A stretch of 64,000 nt of DNA from Candidatus Campbellbacteria bacterium (lineage in GTDB: Bacteria; Patescibacteriota; Minisyncoccia; Phycocordibacterales; EsbW-18), in contig JANLIT010000002.1 in assembly GCA_024653945.1 (NCBI GenBank), positions 146,508 to 210,507 of the forward strand, read 5' to 3'. The stretch's first letter is position 1. Every line of letters begins with the position of its first letter. Below the pieces are notes generated by a model that was given only the letters and a program-made list of their open reading frames with translations, was not told the DNA's origin and did not search any database. Positions 59,069 through 64,000 of the stretch are shown in pieces. Both the position numbers and the translations under genes were made by a program.

Positions 59069-59267
59069 GTCTGGTAGTCGCACCCCGCGAGCTCATATGA
59101 GCGAGCGGGGTTTCTTCATACCTATATATTTTTTCTCGTGTACATTGCCAAAAAGTCCAATGGTGCTATAGTGTCGTTGCCCGTGTGGGCGTTTTTATAT
59201 CATTGTTATTCCAACATCCCTGCCTGCCGGCAGGCAGGTAACTTCCAACTTCTAACCTCTACTTTAT

Positions 59268-59346
59268 ATGGACCGCGACTATCCTCTAGAAAAAGTACGT
59301 AACCCCGCACCAACGCAATGCGTGGTACGGGGCATGCTTCGGTATC
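59268..59346 (+). pseudogene. Duplicated, synonymously recoded 5' fragment of fusA interrupted by a palindrome
   Basis: Encodes [12 protein letters not shown][34-nt insert]FGI versus fus[16 protein letters not shown]. Confidence 0.85.
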
Positions 59347-59369
59347 AACATGTTCTAAATCATTAAACT

Positions 59370-61514
59370 ATGAATAGAGATTACCCACTTGAGAAAGTAA
59401 GAAATTTTGGAATTGTGGCGCACATTGACGCAGGAAAAACAACCGTGTCTGAGCGCGTGCTTTTTTATACAGGAGTGTCTCACAAAATTGGTGAAGTGCA
59501 TGAAGGAGATACCGTCATGGATTGGATGGACCAAGAGCGTGAACGTGGTATTACGATTACCGCCGCGGCAACGACGTGTTTTTGGACACCGTCGTATGAC
59601 ACGACGAACACGGCACTCAAGCACCGATTCAATCTTATTGATACCCCAGGACACATTGACTTTACGATTGAAGTGAAGCGCTCTCTCCGTGTGTTGGATG
59701 GTGCCGTTGTGGTATTTGACGGTGTGTCAGGAGTTGAACCACAGTCAGAAACAAACTGGCGTTATGCAGAAGAAGGAAAGGTGCCACGTATGTGTTTCAT
59801 CAACAAGTTGGACCGCATTGGTGCATCATTTGAACGCTCATACGCCTCTATTCTTGACCGCCTCACCAAGGACGCAGTTCGCATGCAAATTCCAATTGGT
59901 GAGGAAGAAAAACATGAAGGTGTGATTGATTTGCTCACGATGCGCGCATTTTATTTTGAAGGAGATAAAGGTAGTGTTCTCCGACAAGATGACATTCCTG
60001 AAAACTTAAAAGCAGACGCAGAAAAATATCGTCACGAACTTATTGAAAAAATTGTCTCCGAGGATGAAGCACTCATGCATCTGTACTTGGAAGGAAAAGA
60101 AATTCCACTTGCCGAACTAAAAGCGGTGCTTCGCAAGGCGGTTATTGCAAACCTCATCATTCCGGTGTTCACTGGTTCTGCGCTCAAAAACAAAGGTGTT
60201 CAATTAGTACTTGATGCGGTTATTGATTACCTCCCATCACCGCTTGATATTCCTCCCGCAAAAGGAATTGACCCAAATACAAATGAAGAAATTGTTCGTC
60301 ATGCGTCCGATGAAGAACCCTTCGCAGCTCTCGCATTTAAGGTGCAATCAGATCCATTCATTGGTCAGCTTACATTCTTCCGCGTGTACTCAGGTTCCCT
60401 TGAAGCCGGTTCGTATGTGTATAACGCTACAAAAGAAACAAAAGAGCGCGTTGGGCGTATTGTGCGTTTGCATGCAAACGATCGAGAAGAAGTGAAGAAA
60501 GTGTTTGCTGGAGAAATCGCAGCAGCGGTTGGACTTAAGGACACAAAAACATCCGATACGCTCTGTGATGAAGAGCACCCAATTATTCTTGAACGAATTA
60601 AAATTCCCGAACCAGTTATCTCTCTCCGTATTGAACCAAAAACAAAGGCAGACCAAGAAAAACTCGGCATGGCACTCAAACGTCTTTCGGATGAAGACCC
60701 AACCTTCCGCGTAACATCAGATCCAGAAACACTCGAAACCATCATTGCGGGCATGGGCGAATTGCACCTTGAAGTGCTTGTTGAACGCATGCGTCGTGAA
60801 TTTTCAGTTGATGCGAACGTTGGTAAGCCACAGGTGGCCTATCGTGAAACGATTCTCGGGGAAGCAGATGTTGAAAATAAATATGTTAAACAAACTGGTG
60901 GAAAAGGTCAGTATGGTCACGTGAAGATTAAAGTGAAGCCGATGGACACATCTATAAAAGATGAAGATTTGCCAAAGAACACAAAGCGAGATGAGGGATT
61001 TGAATTCATCAACAGCATCAAAGGAGGTGTTATTCCACAAGAATTTATTCCAGCAGTTCAGAAAGGACTTCGCGAAGCGATGGACCGAGGTATTGTGGCT
61101 GGTTATCGCATGGTGAACGTGTCCGTTGAACTCTATGATGGTTCGTACCACGATGTGGACTCATCTGAAATTGCGTTCAAGATTGCTGCATCACAGGCGT
61201 TACAAGAAGCTGCACGAAAATCACGCCCCGTGCTTCTTGAACCAATTATGAAAATTGAAGTGGTTATTCCAGAGCAATTCATGGGGGACATCACCGGAAA
61301 CCTTTCATCAAAGCGTGGACAAATTGAAGGGATGGAAGACCGCGGTCAGCTCAAAGTGGTTCGTGCGTTTGTTCCACTCTCTGAAATGTTTGGATACAGT
61401 ACAGCGCTTCGTTCTATGACGGAAGGACGTGGAAACTCAACAATGGAATTTGACCACTACGAAGTGGTTCCTGACAGCGTCGCAAAAGCAATTATTGAAC
61501 AGCGAGCAAAGTGA
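59370..61514 (+). CDS. fusA: Elongation factor G
   Basis: 'AHIDAGKTT', 'RGITI', 'DTPGH', 'NKLD', 'GMGELHL', 'YHDVDSSE'. Confidence 0.99.
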   Translation: MNRDYPLEKVRNFGIVAHIDAGKTTVSERVLFYTGVSHKIGEVHEGDTVMDWMDQERERGITITAAATTCFWTPSYDTTNTALKHRFNLIDTPGHIDFTIEVKRSLRVLDGAVVVFDGVSGVEPQSETNWRYAEEGKVPRMCFINKLDRIGASFERSYASILDRLTKDAVRMQIPIGEEEKHEGVIDLLTMRAFYFEGDKGSVLRQDDIPENLKADAEKYRHELIEKIVSEDEALMHLYLEGKEIPLAELKAVLRKAVIANLIIPVFTGSALKNKGVQLVLDAVIDYLPSPLDIPPAKGIDPNTNEEIVRHASDEEPFAALAFKVQSDPFIGQLTFFRVYSGSLEAGSYVYNATKETKERVGRIVRLHANDREEVKKVFAGEIAAAVGLKDTKTSDTLCDEEHPIILERIKIPEPVISLRIEPKTKADQEKLGMALKRLSDEDPTFRVTSDPETLETIIAGMGELHLEVLVERMRREFSVDANVGKPQVAYRETILGEADVENKYVKQTGGKGQYGHVKIKVKPMDTSIKDEDLPKNTKRDEGFEFINSIKGGVIPQEFIPAVQKGLREAMDRGIVAGYRMVNVSVELYDGSYHDVDSSEIAFKIAASQALQEAARKSRPVLLEPIMKIEVVIPEQFMGDITGNLSSKRGQIEGMEDRGQLKVVRAFVPLSEMFGYSTALRSMTEGRGNSTMEFDHYEVVPDSVAKAIIEQRAK

Positions 61515-61639
61515 TAGTTGCACGTCGTTGATGATGTGTTACTCTCAACAAAGGTTCTTTTTCTTGGAGACGGGAGGTGCTCATAAAACACCGCAGTGAG
61601 TGCGGCAGTGCGGCAAAACCTGTGAGGATTGCCGTTCGT

Positions 61640-61675
61640 GCGCCAGTGGGTAACCACTGGCGCATTTTCTTTTTA
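61640..61675 (+). terminator. Intrinsic terminator downstream of fusA
   Basis: gcgccagtgg-gtaa-ccactggcgc followed by a T-rich tract. Confidence 0.75.
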
Positions 61676-61764
61676 TTATATTTTTAACAAATTGACTTCC
61701 ATGATAGTGAGGCGTATCGTCGTTTTTAGGCAGTTCTTACAGACAAGTCGGAGAAAGGGCTCCC

Positions 61765-61878
61765 ATGAAGAACCTTTTAAGGGAAACTGCAATTCTCTTC
61801 AAGCTTCTGGTTTTTGTTTCTCTTGCCTTGGTATATGTACTTGTCGTTGGCATTCCTGCCAGCGCAAAACGAGCCTAG
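61765..61878 (+). CDS. 37-aa single-TM peptide
   Basis: TTGACT promoter, SD-like gaaaggg, MKNLLRETAILFKLLVFVSLALVYVLVVGIPASAKRA. Confidence 0.4.
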   Translation: MKNLLRETAILFKLLVFVSLALVYVLVVGIPASAKRA

Positions 61879-62053
61879 GAGCGTTCCCACTAGCACCGGA
61901 GCCGTCCACAGTACGTTCAACTCACCCCGCCAAGGCAGGGTGATTTTTTAACAGTCCAACACACTTTTTACGGTCTTCTAAACGAGATATCCACTGTTAA
62001 GCCATTATTAAGAGAAATGAACTCAATAGTGCTTTATACTTGTAGGTAGCTCT

Positions 62054-64000
62054 ATGAGTCAGCCACTTTTCATTGAAAATAAGAAATTTATATCGACAAA
62101 GGAGGCGTCGAAACTGTCTGGTTATACCAGTGACTATATTGAACAGCTCAGTCGAGCGGGAAAAATCGAGTCAATGCTCGTGGGTCACGTTCGACTTGTT
62201 GAAGAAAAAAGCTTTCTTGCGTTTGTGGTGGGGGCAGAATATAAAGGTTTCGGCACACCTGCCCCCACTCTAGCTTCTGTAGAAGAATTTCCTGTTTTGA
62301 CGGACACACCAGAGACACTTGACGTACCGCATCCAGTCACCACAACTCCTACGCCTGCACACAACATAGCATCACCATATCGTTCTCCTAAAAAACTTCC
62401 AGCAGCCAGCACGCTCGTTGGCATATTTTTTATTTTGCTTGGACTCTTTGCACTTGAAACACATCCTGCATACGCACGCAAAACATATGACACACTCGCT
62501 CGCGTACCACACACGGTTCTTTCTTTAGAGGGAGTTGTTGTGAAGATACTTGCAGATGGAACTCGCGACACACTCAACATGACAGTAAGAGGTTTTGAAA
62601 CGTTTGCACGCACAGCACCACGACAGACATACAACACTCTTGCAGAAGTACCGAACACCGTCCTTACTTTTGTCACACACCCAATAAAAACAATTCAGGC
62701 AGTTGTACAGAACATACACACTTTTGCACGGACTCTCGTTAATATCAACTCTACGATTACGGGCATGTATACCACTGGTGCAGAAAAAACAGTAGCCCTG
62801 ACACTTGGGGGTTTTGATACCGTTGTGAGTGCAACACAACAACTTGCTCGAAACACACAATCGGTTTTCAAGAAAAGCCTTGCAGCTGTCGCGGAAAGTT
62901 TTAATGCGCCAAGTGTGGGCACTACCACACCAAGCACACCAACTTTTTTTGAAAGAATGGGGATTTTTTTTGGAAGAGTACGACTTGCACTACGCTCGTG
63001 GCTTGGTATCACCAATACACCACAGACCGTCATCAATCTGCCCTCAAACACTTCGCCAACCCTACCACCGTCGACAGTGACACAACCAATAGTGCAAGGA
63101 CCAGAGCGCACGATTGAAACACGCACCATCACAACCAATACCGTCTCCGGCATCACTTTTCTCGACATGACGAATGCCATTTCTGGACTTCGCGCAGAAC
63201 TGCTTCCTAAAATTAGAATCGCAGCTCTGTCTCCTGATAATCGTTCTCCCGACAACTTTCTCGAACTCTCCGGCGGTACACTCACGGGCACACTCACCGG
63301 CACATCACTGTCACTCTCAAACAACCTCTCTGCTCTTTCTGCCAACATTGATAGCGGAACCCTCGTTATTGATGACATAAACAATCGTGTTGGCGTTGGC
63401 ACGACCTCTCCAACCGACACGTTATCAGTCAACGGTCCTGTGTATCTTGTAAATACCACCCCAGGAGCAACAGGAAACCGACTCTACTCTGATTCGTTGG
63501 GCGACCTCTACTGGAGTGGCAACCTTGTTGGTGGTGGCGCTGTCGGTACATGGACATCTGCAGGTGGTGATGTGTACCGCCCAACGGGCAACGTCGGCAT
63601 CGGCACCACTTCCCCATATGCCAAGCTCTCCGTTGCAGGTGACCTCGCGCTTACCGGCGGTTTGTATGACAACAATGCAACGCGTGGCACAAACGGTGCA
63701 GTACTCTGGTCAACAGGTACCGGACTCACATGGGTCGCCACCACCACCCTTGGTCTCGCGGGATTTCCTGTCGACTACATCAATTCGTCATCCACGATTG
63801 CCCATGCAGGCAACGCATCACTTGGCAACCTCATCCAGTGGAATGGCAGTGCGTGGGTTGCGACAGCAACATCGACACTCAACGTACTGCACTCGTCTCT
63901 CGCAGGATTACTCACTGACGATCACACCCAGTACGCCTTGCTTGCAGGACGTTCTGGCGGACAAACGCTTGTTGGTGGTACATCTGGCTCGGCGACATTG
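62054..64000 (+). CDS. Giant surface/fibre-like protein with N-terminal excisionase-like HTH and TM (partial; runs off window)
   Basis: 'ISTKEASKLSGYTSDYI.QL.R.GKI' HTH, TM, then Thr-rich repeats 'VGVGTTSP', 'GNVGIGTTSPYAKLSV' in frame; absent from the ORF track, consistent with no stop before the window end. Confidence 0.85.
   Translation, partial: MSQPLFIENKKFISTKEASKLSGYTSDYIEQLSRAGKIESMLVGHVRLVEEKSFLAFVVGAEYKGFGTPAPTLASVEEFPVLTDTPETLDVPHPVTTTPTPAHNIASPYRSPKKLPAASTLVGIFFILLGLFALETHPAYARKTYDTLARVPHTVLSLEGVVVKILADGTRDTLNMTVRGFETFARTAPRQTYNTLAEVPNTVLTFVTHPIKTIQAVVQNIHTFARTLVNINSTITGMYTTGAEKTVALTLGGFDTVVSATQQLARNTQSVFKKSLAAVAESFNAPSVGTTTPSTPTFFERMGIFFGRVRLALRSWLGITNTPQTVINLPSNTSPTLPPSTVTQPIVQGPERTIETRTITTNTVSGITFLDMTNAISGLRAELLPKIRIAALSPDNRSPDNFLELSGGTLTGTLTGTSLSLSNNLSALSANIDSGTLVIDDINNRVGVGTTSPTDTLSVNGPVYLVNTTPGATGNRLYSDSLGDLYWSGNLVGGGAVGTWTSAGGDVYRPTGNVGIGTTSPYAKLSVAGDLALTGGLYDNNATRGTNGAVLWSTGTGLTWVATTTLGLAGFPVDYINSSSTIAHAGNASLGNLIQWNGSAWVATATSTLNVLHSSLAGLLTDDHTQYALLAGRSGGQTLVGGTSGSATL

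Noticed and set aside
62185-63747. Long minus-strand ORFs (163, 254 and 79 aa)
   Set aside because: Shadows of the giant plus-strand gene starting at 62054.
1-64000. CRISPR array, integrase, transposase or reverse transcriptase
   Set aside because: No regularly spaced repeat-spacer array and no ORF with such motifs was seen; the heptamer arrays have no spacers.
1-64000. Alternative genetic code (UGA=Gly as in Gracilibacteria/Absconditabacteria)
   Set aside because: TGA terminates fusA, pyrF and other genes at expected positions, and conserved genes are intact under code 11.

Overview
This window looks like chromosomal DNA from a Patescibacteria/CPR (Parcubacteria-like) bacterium. That placement is inferred from gene content, tRNA-Arg(GCG), type IV pilus/competence genes and a giant HTH-TM-'GIGTTSP' surface protein. 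Housekeeping genes include the polA 3' end, holA, murE, ruvA, rpsT, ruvX, rplS, pyrF, lexA, tpiA, pgk, recJ, RNase H, sod, rpmB, rpsL-rpsG-fusA and 7 tRNAs. The window also holds two type IV pilus clusters, split ComEC genes, a Fic/HTH toxin-antitoxin pair after tRNA-His and a ~10 kb CsoR-regulated copper island. The most unusual signal is a nested set of small repeats in the intergenic DNA: (1) heptamer-repeat inverted arms that flank a four-helix-bundle (IVP/Avd-like) gene and also occur empty at other gene junctions; (2) a 20-bp palindrome that appears inserted, without target duplication, into other repeats; (3) two families of ~150-nt structured repeats with compensatory base changes, one sitting 5 nt before both tRNA-Arg genes; (4) a recoded duplicate of the fusA 5' end; (5) a mini-element duplicating the tRNA-Val 3' end; (6) a palindrome inserted in frame in copA. 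A candidate remote DGR target gene and a set of GC-richer stand-alone gene cassettes are also present. All calls come from reading the sequence; no database searches were run.
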